This document shows positions 22,935 through 34,700 of a stretch of 64,000 nucleotides of DNA, one piece after another. A program made the position numbers and the translations under genes. Origin of the DNA: Harriotta raleighana. Lineage: Eukaryota. How positions within the stretch are numbered: position 1 is the first letter of the stretch; each line of letters starts with the position of its first letter. A model generated the notes under the pieces. That model saw only the letters and a list, made by a program, of their open reading frames with translations. It ran no database searches and was not told the origin of the DNA. The stretch lies in assembly GCA_050575255.1 (NCBI GenBank), contig JBNZDD010013669.1:3082589-3146588 (forward strand). The letters are read 5' to 3'.

Positions 22935-23780
22935 AACAACAACACAATGACACTTGTACAGCGCCCTTCACATGAGGAGGACATCCCAAGGCGCTTGGAC
23001 AGTCATCGTTTCAAACCCAAGCTGAGGTCAGGGAAGGTGGAGGGAAAGGGGGAGATTTGGGGTGACTGATGGGACCGTCGAAGAGGAGGATTCTTGAGGT
23101 GGGACTTGAAGGAGGCCAGGGAAAGGGGCAAGGTGGAGGGACTCTTGAGATGGAGTTCCAGAGTTAGAGGGCAATGGTGGGGCGGATGGATCTGGGGACA
23201 TGGAGCAGGCTAGAGCCTGCCGAGCGGAGGGGGCGGGCAGGTTGGTAGGGGATTAGGAGGTCGCAGAGGTAGGGTGGGACGAGGCCATGCAGGGCTTTGA
23301 ATGTGAGGATCAGGATTTTGAATTGGATCCTCTGGATGATGGGGAGCCAATGGAGTCCGGTGAGGATGGGGGAGATGAGATCACGAAGCTTGGAGCAGTG
23401 GAGGACATGGGCTGCAGAGTTCTGGATTATCTGTAACCTATGGAGTGAGGAATTGGGAAGGTCGACAAACAGGCTGTTGGCGTAGTAGAGCCTAGATGTG
23501 ATGAAGATATGAATGAGGGTTTCAGCGGCCCGAGAGATGAAGTAGTGGTGGAGTTGGGCAATATTGTGGAGGTGAGGGAAAGCAGAGCAGATCATGGCTT
23601 GGATGTGGGGGAGGAAAGACAGTTGAGGATCAAACAAGACAGCTAGGCTCTGACTGGCTTGACAAGGTTGAGTGAGCAACCATGCAGATTGATGCTGCCA
23701 ACACGTGAAGTTACTGGCGTAAGTCAATCAGGAGGGCCTCGGTCTTGTTGACATTCAACTGTAGAAAGTTAACTCTCATT
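22935..23780 (-). mobile_element. L2 LINE 3' fragment with intact tail
   Basis: ORF 23164-23727 (LFDPQLSFLPHI..SRLYYANSL..LHWLPIIQRIQFKIL); (caa)n tail at ~22935. Confidence 0.9.
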
Positions 23781-24134
23781 TAAATTCTTCTCCATAGGAT
23801 CTGCAGCAAATCACAGAATGCGTCACTTCAGGCAACTCTCATACATCTTGTAATGGCTGGTTAGAAAATAGTATTATCTCAGTATCCAATAACAAGCTCT
23901 ATTTGAATACTGTTGGACTCTCAATTTTTCACCTGAACAGATTGATGTGAACTTTGGTTTAACACCGAAAGACGGCACCTCCAACAACAACAAAATTACA
24001 ACAATGAATGCATCCCACTCAACATTATATTGGAGGATTATATATAACTATAAAAGTTCAAGGCTGACCTGGGTTGACTCAGAGATGTTACCATGCATGA
24101 AGGGTGCTATGTAAATGTAGGTTGTTGTTGAACC

Positions 24135-24705
24135 TGCTGACTCAGGGAAGATATTGGCGGCGGTGGCACAGGAGGGTTAGGTGCCGCCGCTACCGTAACC
24201 ACGATCACGATTGAAACCGAAACTGCTGCTACCGAAGTTGCGAGTCGCGAGCGCAGGATGCTGGGCTGCACCCCGTGCGTCTGCGGGGAGCTCAGAGGTC
24301 GGTCAGCTCCTTCCACCCGCCTCGGGAAATGCCGTCTGACTCCCACTCCCCGGCTGGGAGCAGGGGCCCGGCTCGGCCTGGCCTGGGCCGCGGATGGAGT
24401 TGGAGATGGAGTCGGCCTTGGACTTTGGCTGAGCCGGAACCGCACAAATCCGGCGACTCGACCCAAGGACCGGCAGCCATGGAGCTGGAGCGGCGGGGAC
24501 ACGGGCCTGTGCGGATGCCGGGTGTGTGCGGTGGAACAGGAGGAGGAGGGCCGGGAGAGCACCCAGCCTCCCAGTGAGGAGGTGGATCAGCAGATGCATC
24601 CGCTGGGATCGACCGCATCGATGCCCTGGTTCCCGCCTTTTTGAAGGTGGTTCAGGCGGGCGTCGAGGACAGAGAGCTGGACTGTTGTTGATTGTTATTG
24701 TTGTT
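24135..24705. other. Unassigned GC/CpG-rich unique segment
   Basis: Very GC-rich with many CpGs, long open frames on both strands, no recognisable protein; ends in a (gtt)n-like tract close to N24724. Confidence 0.5.
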
Positions 24706-24724
24706 TCTTCTGTTTTTGCTTATN

Positions 24725-24983
24725 AAAGCGCTTCACAGAATATACGGTAAAGTGAATTAACTATATTTGTGGGTGAAACACGGCAGCCAATTACGCACAG
24801 CAGTGTCCCACAAAAAGTAATGGATTGGAGGGACCAATTTATTATTTTTCTTAAGGATTATTATTATTGTTAGGCATGTGGAGTAAGGAAACTTGCCCAA
24901 GGTTTCGCCCTGATCTGCCTGGAATCAAACCCAGGTCTCTCGCTTGTGAGGTGAGTGTTCTAACCACTGAGCTACAGGACTCC
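24725..24983 (-). mobile_element. tRNA-derived SINE (short subfamily), truncated by the gap
   Basis: Reverse-complement head ending gagctacaggactcc. Confidence 0.88.
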
Positions 24984-25884
24984 ATGTATCTTATGTACAG
25001 AATTACATGTATTTTAAACAAAAAGGCAAGAAATAAGAAAGTAGAGAGCATGGATAGGAGATAGGGATAAAAATATGGATTAGGGAGAGAAATAATGAGA
25101 AAAGAAAAGAGCACGATAGGAAAAGCAGTACAGATTGAAAACAATACTGAACAGTGAAAGAGCAAAAAGGAAGAGATAAAATGAGTAGAGAGAGAGCTCA
25201 AGGGAGAGAAGAAATGATAAGACAGAGACACAGAAGGATTGCAATGAGAGAAAAAAAAATGGTGTCCTAACCAGCCTGCTCAAAGTGACTTTAAAAAAAT
25301 CTAAAATAGGTTGCCTGTCTGACATGGTGGGCAAATTATCTTTAATTATACACTTAGCATACAGTATCTACTCTTGCACATTCTCACATTATAAATACTC
25401 TTTTCTCCCCACTTTATTTTACTCACACAAATGAATTGTCATAGAACTTTAATAATCCAATGCAACCCGTGTTGATGTAAAAATAGATACATTTGATTTA
25501 TTACCTATGTAACATGCCTTCAAACACAATTTGTACCCTCAGGGATGTTGCTGTGGTAAAGTTGTTGATTTGAGCTTAACTCCTTTCTTCCCATTTTTTG
25601 TATCTTATTGACAATGTAAGCAGAGAGGCAGTATACATCCTTTTTATTTCTTGTATGTTTTTTCTTATTTTTTAAAATCAATTCTTCACTATTCTTTAAT
25701 TCTAAGAAACATTCATTTACTGCTACAAAATCCAACACGTGCTTCATCAGTAGGTGAGGGCAATTCATCCAGTTATTGTATGGTCGTGAGTGAAAGTTTA
25801 CAATGGGCCGCACAAGTTTGAGCAAAGCTTCCAAAACTGACAATGAGTAACAATGAACCCGGCTGCAGGTAGATTCATTTGATA

Positions 25885-26190
25885 ATAGTTCAAGACAGAT
25901 GGAGTATAATGTGGGGAAGTGCAAAGTTATTCATCTAGGTAGTAAAAATAGAAAAGCAGATTGTTTTCTAGAGGGGTGAGACTAGGTAATGTTAGTGTTC
26001 AGAGAGATTTGGGTGTCCTTGTACGCCAATCACAAAAAGTTAGTATGCAAGTACAGCAAGCAAATAGGAAGGCTAACAGCATGCTGGCATTTATTGCAAA
26101 AGGTTTGAGTAGAAGAGTAGGGAAGTCTTGCTGCATTTGTATAGGGCCTTGGTGAGACCACAACTAGAATATCATGTGCAGTTTTGGTCT
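25885..26190 (+). mobile_element. CR1-type LINE ORF2 fragment
   Basis: QRDLGVLV..KVSMQVQQA..KANSMLAFI; ALVRPQLEY. Confidence 0.85.
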
Positions 26191-27274
26191 CATCAATGTT
26201 TCAACAAAACACATTTCAGCTGTTGTTTGTGCTCTATGCAAAGCAATAGTTGTTGACATCTCCCAAAATCGCCTTTCACAACCTGGATTCGCACACAGCT
26301 TATTCCTGTGCAAAAAATGACTGACTTCCATGGCATCATCACATGTTGCACTGCACATTTGCAAAACAGGAAATGTCATAGGCGACAACCTAATTAGCCA
26401 GAAGTTGGCCACTTCTTTTAGAGCAGCAAACTAAAATGGTTAAACTTGGGTCATCAATATCAATTTATGTCAATATAATTTCCTGGAGACTGCGTATTCA
26501 TCGTATAGGAATTTATAATGGTAATATTTAATATATTTTTTATTTATTTATGTATAATATAAATATAATTTAATTCGACAATTGTAAATCTGTTTTAAAA
26601 AAACTGAAACTGCGATTTGGGAATGTGAGCTGGCTAGCATTTTGGAAGTGAGTGGGTCAGTAACACACATGTAGTGAATGGGATTGACACAGCAACTGTG
26701 TTATCACCAAATTCATTCTATAAAGAAGCACAATATATTGGGAGTTATCATGTATCTCACTCAAGGAACTTTATGTGAGTTGTTTCTATACGCAGTGAAT
26801 CCAATTATTGCACCTCATAGTTGTGTAGTTTGGCATTTTATTGATCTACCATGTCTAGTGTGGAACCATACACCATTGTGAGTCAACAGTTTCAGGAAGA
26901 GGAGAGAGAATTCAGGGTTCATCTGTCTTAACTAATGAGGTCAGTGAGAAAAATATATAGACATAACATTTATTAATTCTTAACATTCATTCCTAAAAAA
27001 AAAGATTCAAACTAATGGCTTCATCAAGCTGAAACCAAATGTTGGCATTTTGTCTAACAGCTTACTATCGTTGCCTATCTTTATATTTTATGTTAATCTC
27101 TCTTAACAAAAAAAGTGTTTCACACTGATATTTAATATGTGGCATAGAGCATTAGATATACTGTATTTCATATGGTCTTTTACATAATTATGATTTTTAA
27201 AATTCTGCTTTTCTCCTACACCTTATGGAAGAATGATTAAAAATGCATTTTCAGAATCCTAGCATTGGTAATTC

Positions 27275-28130
27275 CCGGAATCATAGAATTATACAGCACA
27301 AAAAAAAGCCACTCGGCCCATGATGTCTGTGCCAGCTCTTTATTCACTGTCCAAATCAATCCCATTTCCCTGTGTTCTCCCCATAGCCCTGCAAACATGT
27401 GCTCCCCAAATAATTATCTACTCTCTTAAAAGTTGTTATTGAATTGGCTTCCACCAAACTTTCAGGCAATGCATTCTAGATCTGAACAATTCTATGTGTG
27501 AAAACATTTCTACTCACTTCCCCTCTGTTACTTTTAACAGCTATTTTAAATCGCTGTCCTCAGATTACCAACCAACCCGCCAGTGAAAATAATTGAATAA
27601 TAATAATCCTTGCATTTAATATAGCACTTTTCATGTCTTCTAGATGTCTCAAAGCTCTTCACAGAGTAAACTGTAAACTGAATTTACTGTATATTTGTGA
27701 GTGAAACGTGGCAGACAATTGCGCACAGCAGTGTCCCACAAACAGTCATGGATTGAAATGACCAATTTATAATTGTATTTTTTTAAAGGGATTATTATTA
27801 GGCGTGTGGAGTAAGGAAACATGTTCTGCCTGGAATTGAACTCTGGTTTCTCGCTTCTGAGGCGAGTGCTCTAACCACTGAGCTACAGGACTTCACAGTT
27901 TCTTCTTGTTCACTGTATCAATTCCACTCATAATTTTGAAACCTTCTATTAAGTCTCCACTTAACCTTCTTTGCTCCAAGAAGAATAAGCCTAGCATCTC
28001 TAGCCTCTCCTCATAACTGAAGTCCTTCATTCCTGGTGCCATACTGGTAAATCTTCAATGCCTTGACATAATTTCTAAAGTGTGGTGCCCAGAACTGAAC
28101 ACCACACTCTAGATGAGGCCTAAGCAGTGT
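27275..28130 (-). mobile_element. CR1 LINE 3' fragment with a nested SINE (27595-27895, minus)
   Basis: Homologous to 790-1215; a full SINE sits between cagtgaaaataat and tttcttcttgttc. Confidence 0.85.
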
Positions 28131-30038
28131 TCTAATTGTGCTTAAAACTCGTTGAAAACCTCAACTCCTTGATATTCTGGCTGCTTATTAAAACATTGGC
28201 TTTTTCTTACATGATATACAATGATATCAAATCAATCATGTTTATTCACACACAGTACAAATTAATGGAACTTTCAATTTTATTTAATTTGTCATGTTAA
28301 TTATGAGCAAACTGCAACCTCATTGCATTTTCATGGTGAATCACATGATTATCGTAAGTCGCTTGTTTACTGAGATTTGCTATGCTGTTGACACTAATTA
28401 GCAGACAATTACTCTGTTATTACTGGATGTAATTATCTTTCCCGTGGAAAGAATGCAGCTGACCAAAGTAATAAAACTGCCTGCCTTGCTTGCAAAGCCT
28501 TGCACTACAGCCAGTGAAAATAGTTTCCTTAGAGAGAAGCAAGAGATTGACACAGACTACTGGTCAGACCCAAGAGACCATTTTTTCCCTTAGAAATCCT
28601 GCTATCCACAATTGAACGAATAACCTTGACACAATGTGAAATAGATCATTATACTTGTGGTAACAGGACATATTTAATGCTTTCAGTTTTCTAAACTAAC
28701 TGCCCAATAATTTGATAATTTCTAAAACATTAATAATGAATTATATCATTAATAAAAAACAACTAGATTATGAATGAGACAGATCTTAAATGGGAAGTCA
28801 TTCTTTCAGTATATAAGAGTTATTACTGTTATCCTGATACTGCATAGACAACTAACATATTATCAATTAACTTATCTTATTTTGTCATTTTTATATTTGG
28901 CTGTTACAATTTAATAAATAACTCAATACAGATATAATACTATATAGAATGTGGTACAGTTCCTTTTGTTCTACTGGCCCATATTATTATAGCAATGCTC
29001 AAATGATGCAGCTTCAACTACTGTACCATTACCAACTTAATTGACCATTTATTTGCATCATATCGCTAGAATTGTAGTCCATGCATCCAGAATTTTTTTT
29101 AATGCATTTATAATAAGATACACATTACATAAACAATAAAACAAAGTCTGAAGTTGTGTTGGGAAATTAATTCAGTTTACAAGGAACTGCTGAAAACTAG
29201 CTTCAAATTGACTGAATTTAAGAATTTCCCTAAATTTGGCATAATCTTAGATTTTAATAGTATGACCTTGATGCTATGGCAATGGGAAATGTTAGCTCTA
29301 TGATTTTATGAACTGCTTGAACTATATTTTCATGTTTTCAATATCGGAACTACTTGATTGGATTACTGACTGCATGGCCATCAACTGTCAGGCAGCTCTT
29401 ATCCCATGCACAATGTAACTCACACAAATATACCCATGTAATTTTATGTACATATGCATATCTCTATATGTTCACTATTTAGATATGCACTTATTTACGT
29501 ATGGAAATTATTGCTTCACTGAGCTTGTGAAAAAATGGTGCATACAACATGTATATTTATATTCTACCAAAATGAACAAGTATGCAGCCTCTGGCAGATG
29601 AATTACTTACACAAAAATATACACCAGATGCTACATCCTTCAAATATTTTAAATCTAAAAGTGAAAGCCACATGTAATCTATTAGTAACTTTTTAAATGA
29701 TATTGTACAGCCTCTTACTGAAGCAGCCCGTAAAATACTACACATAAATTTCAATTACTCTTATCAGGTACCAGAATGGAATGAGTGTGTCAGAAATGTG
29801 CATCCACAGTTTAGAATGTATCTCATTTCTGACATGGCACTTGAATATAGTTTACACTATAACCCAATTATGTTCTGTGAGATTGTAATCCACATTCGAA
29901 AAGCTGTCCCTCCAGATACCACTGAAAAGGTGCAAAGCACAGTTAGCAGCAGTCAAGAGAAATATGTAGCATATAGTATCCTTCCATTGCAATATACATC
30001 TGGCTTCAACTATAGGTTATGTATTACCATGAAAATAT

Positions 30039-30051
30039 TGCCACCTAGTGG
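30039..30051 (-). promoter_or_regulatory. CTCF core motif CCACTAGGTGGCA (minus strand)
   Basis: tgccacctagtgg, a match to the consensus core. Confidence 0.55.
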
Positions 30052-30199
30052 TCCCTTTTCCTGTCACATTCCAATGTATGTAATTACACAAATATTGCTA
30101 AATTATGTGATATATTCAAACACTTGAGTTGATGATAAACTACTAAAATGTTATTGGAAACCTCTCAGGTAACAAACATCTAAAACTACCCCAAAAAAA

Positions 30200-30332
30200 A
30201 GCGAAGGGTCGTGGACCCAAAACGTTGACTCACTTTACTTTCTCCATGGATGCTGCCTGACTTGCTGAGTTTCTCCAGCAACTTCTGTGTTTTTTTCAGA
30301 TTCCCTGCATCTGCAGTATTTTGTGTTTTGTC
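30200..30332 (+). mobile_element. Penelope-like short repeat (hammerhead remnant)
   Basis: cga-a-gggtc-gtg-gaccc-aaaacgtt-gactca..gatgctgcctgacttgctgag..gcatctgcagtattttg. Confidence 0.75.
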
Positions 30333-31069
30333 TAAAACTATCACTTTGCTTATGGTCATCCAAAAATACAATGACGAAAAGAGTATTCATAAGTATTTCG
30401 AATATGTATTTGAGAATAAAATAATTGCATAAAGAGGTAAATGGACAGCAATTTAGCTTCTACAATAGTATAATCAATACTAACATACTGTGACAATGTC
30501 ATGTCTTTTATATTGTATCCCATTGGTTTGCTAATGTTACCCACTGCAGTCAGCAGGTCACGTTTGTCTTTAAATAACTTTTCACAATAAACTGCAAAGT
30601 CCTTGCTACTACTAAATTGTTCTACTAAACTGCTCCAGGCAATGTGAGAAAAATATATCAAATGATTTTTTACCAAAACATTTGTACACTATCTTGTCAG
30701 CTCTTATTTAAATTGTTGTGGTGCTGAATGCAAACTAAGGAACTTGCAAATGTTATTACATAATTTGTGATTCAGGTGTTTTAAAAACATCATACAGAAT
30801 TACTGTATACAGTACCATAAAATGCAATTGGAATATTGTAACTAGATAACTGATCCCAGCCTAACTCTAATCCACTCATAGGAAACCCTTAAAAATTACT
30901 ATTTACTACACTTGACAATAATTACTGTGAAATGCTTTGAGATTATCAACATATAAGGCATTATATAATGCAAGCTTTATTTTATTTTTATCTGGTTCTG
31001 TTGGGGACAATTCTGTATATACTGTATATTTTTATATTTTGATAGACACGCAGGTAATCCAAACAAAAG

Positions 31070-31230
31070 TTAAACAGCAAATATTTTCTTCACCTTATAA
31101 CTAAGACAATACATGTATTAACAGATTATATTTTTCATCATAAATTTTACAAATTAAACAGCAAATATTTTCTTCACCTTATAACTAAGACAATACATGT
31201 ATTAAGAGATTATATTTTTCATCATAAATT
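31070..31230. repeat. Local tandem duplication, 2 x 77 bp (period 84)
   Basis: 31070-31146 and 31154-31230 are identical except one base (aacag/aagag); no N at the junction. Confidence 0.9.
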
Positions 31231-31442
31231 ATACATGTTCACATGTCTTAAATTATTTCAACTATGATTTCATTGCACTAATCCTGGACCAATGATGAAT
31301 GGTTCCTCATAGAGATACTAATCTGATTTTTAGTATGCTTGAATACTTTTATTTACAATAAACTGTATAGATTTTATGGTACTGAACATTTGAAATCAAC
31401 GTCTCACCAGAATTTGGAAAACAAAATGCAATATAATAAGGT

Positions 31443-31760
31443 TAATAATAATAATAATCCTTGCATTTGATATAGCGCTTTTCACATCTTATTGACGTCC
31501 AAAAGCGCTTCACAGAATATACTGTAAGTGAATTGACTGTATATTTGTGGGTGGAACGCGGCAGCCAATTGCGCACAGCAGTATCCCACAAACAGTCATA
31601 GATTGGAATGACCAATTTTATTATTGTGTTTTTTTTGGAGGGATTATTATTAGGCATGTGGAGTAAAGAAACTTGCCCAAGGTTTCGCCCTGATCTGCCT
31701 GGATTTGAACACAGGTCTCATGCTTGTAAGGCGAGTGTTCTAACCACTAAGCCACAGGAG
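31443..31760 (-). mobile_element. tRNA-derived SINE (short subfamily)
   Basis: Full-length reverse-complement match. Confidence 0.9.
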
Positions 31761-34700
31761 GTTCTGAATTAAATGTGCAACATTAGTTATTTTCTGATAC
31801 ATCATTCTGTGTGATACTGGAGTTCTTTACTACTACAACAACCCATTTATATAGCACCATTTATATAGCACCATTCTAGTCCAAGATCGCTTTAACACAT
31901 ATCAGAGACATTTGTGATATCTACTTTTATCCTACTCCTTGAATTGAATTCAATGGGTTTGTAGGTTTACATGTATAATTTGTAGGTCACCATTTCAAAG
32001 ATACTAGCTGCTATTCTAACTTTTTGTACGTGTCACCTTGGGAAGTCCTTCCGACGTGAAAGGCGCTGTACAAATGTAATTTTGTTGTTAGTTTATGTAC
32101 TGTATTGCTTATCTCTTAATACTTGTTTGTATTGCTTATGTTCTGTATGTCTAAAAGAAAATAGTTTACATATATAAATGGTACGTCCGATGTACTTTAA
32201 GTCACTGACTGTAACCAACAACTCAGTGCCACAGAAAGCCGAACAACTAATAACGAGATGTGTGAGTGGACATGTATCCCATTCATCATTCTGTTTAGTC
32301 CAATATATGGGTCCTTTTATCAGCACTATTTGTACCAATGTCATTACCCTCGGTATAAATCTTCTGTCAAAGGCCCTGGTAGAGCCAATGTTGTTGTCCC
32401 ATTAGTGCCTGTGATCTGAAATAATCACTGCCTGACCTCTGGATGTCTGTAATTAACCTTTGCTCTGCTACACGCAGTCACTGACTGAGTCAAACTGTGC
32501 ATTATAGTCTGTGGATCTGTTACAAGGATTTTATTTGTCAGATCAAATGTATCCAGTTAATGAAATACAAATAATATGTTGTATCAACTTCCCAAGTACA
32601 ACAAACAGAGAATTGCACACTGAGATATTAAATTTAAAAAAAACACGCAGCAGAGTATAAAATCCATTGTATTTTTTGTTAATGTACTGTATTATATTTA
32701 TGCTTGAATAATTCAGTCGTACTAAAGTAAATAAACCTAATGTACACTCTTTTGCTAAGGAATTAATTTACATTATTATTTCAGGAAAATGTTTTACCAC
32801 TTATTCTTCATCTGATGTAAATTGGCCTTATTCTTAGCAGTCTTATTACAGAGTCTTTATTTTTTACAAAAATGTATTATTGAATGTGGTCCTTATGAAC
32901 TTCGGGAATCATTCTGTCAGAATCCATTCATTGTTCATTATTCCATTACCAACGACTGCTTGCAATATGTCTCAATGTATCGTACTTCTTTATATAAACT
33001 TTTTTTTATTTTTTACTGCAAATCTAGGTCAGATAATAATTCTGCCTTCAACTGTGACAGGTTCAGTAACATAGCTGAACATCTGCTGTTTTGTGGTATG
33101 CATCTGCCAGAATTGAGGCACTAAAGGATAGGAGACAGAATAGAAATTAACCGAGAAATGTGAGTAATAGGTTCATTTACTCCAGCTCCCAAGAGAATCT
33201 TCAAGGTATGTACTGAGCTTGGTTAGGTTCTGTGCTAAACCCATTTATGCCAAATAAAGATTTTCAATTCAGCTGCTTAGATTGATATAGTTTGGTAAAA
33301 GTTCACCTAACTGTTAACAAAATTATTATTTGTAATATCATTTTTCTAAATTGAAAGGCAAATTATTTGGTTTTATTTAAGAAAAATTAAACAAAATGTC
33401 ATTTGTTGAATGTTTTTCCTTTGATTTTCCCAGTGACCTCTAATGTGAAGTAAAGCTATTATTCTTGGGCTTCTGACAATGTAATACACCATTGATCACA
33501 TCTGTTAACTCTTCAGAGCAGCCTTCAACAGTGTGAAGTAACAAGTCAGAATTTGCCCTGTGTTATGTTCAAGGGAACTGTTCACCAAACATTCCAGGAG
33601 TTTAATTTAATACATATGTATGTTATAAAAATGTAATTAAATGTTTGCATTCATCTATAATGCATTAAACAGCATTATAGATCACATTTTTGGTAACTAC
33701 TGTCATGTAATTTTCTTCCTTTCTCCCATCATGGCGCCACCATGCCAAGAATCTTCTGAAACTAAGATAGGCTGGACACCTCTTGCTGTCAAAGCATTAG
33801 GATGTGAGTGAAAGTGATTTGGAGTGAATGCTGCTGAATATCACTCCTGCTTTACTGAAAAACACCTTTGCTCCACATCTGCCCTCCAACCAGCAGCACA
33901 ATTGAGACTAGTAACTTAATGGTCTCAAATTTATGGTATTTCTTAATAGGATTCTTTAACAATTTCCATTAACCTGTCAGAACACTATTCAGGAAATAGA
34001 TTGTGTGCCTCAATTTATTTCTAAGGAATTCTGCTAAGAAATATTGCTGTTATAATCCCTCCCCCTTAAAATAATAATAATCATTGCATTTGATATTACG
34101 TCTCATTGCATCTTCAAGACGTCTCAAAGCGCTTCACAGAGTATAAAGTGAATTGATTATATTTTGTGGGCGGAATGCAGCAGCCAATTGTGCACTACAG
34201 TGTCCCACAATAATTGCAAAGATTAATCTGAATCCCTTCAGTTCATGGGTTAGAGATAGATATACAGTAAGCCTTACAACTGTTCTGTCACTTTTTAAAA
34301 AGAGAATCTTTGAAATCTAGGTCTCTCTAGTGTCTTTGTTATATGATGAAATAATTTAGATTAATAATAAGATTTGTATTTTTTGATTAAACTTTAAATA
34401 TGCTTTAGTACACAAGAAATATTATTATTTTTATTAGGTAAAGAATGGAAAATCACCTATTTGCCACAACACAGTTATCAAAATATTGTTATACCTATCC
34501 CATTCAGAAACATCAACAAGAAATCCTGCTAATATTTTACTATATGAGATTAAAATATGTTACTGCTGTTCTTAGCTAAGGTGACAGTAAAAATAATACA
34601 ATTGACCTTAATGGATGAGACTACAAAAGGGAAACTAACGAAAGTTTTACCTTCTTGATTGATAGCCAGTATCCAGTTCTGGAGTTGTGGGAAGATCCTG

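Noticed and set aside
24466-24492. Minus-strand peptide RSSSMAAG resembling a BAIAP2/IRSp53 motif
   Set aside because: Flanking residues do not match; likely coincidence
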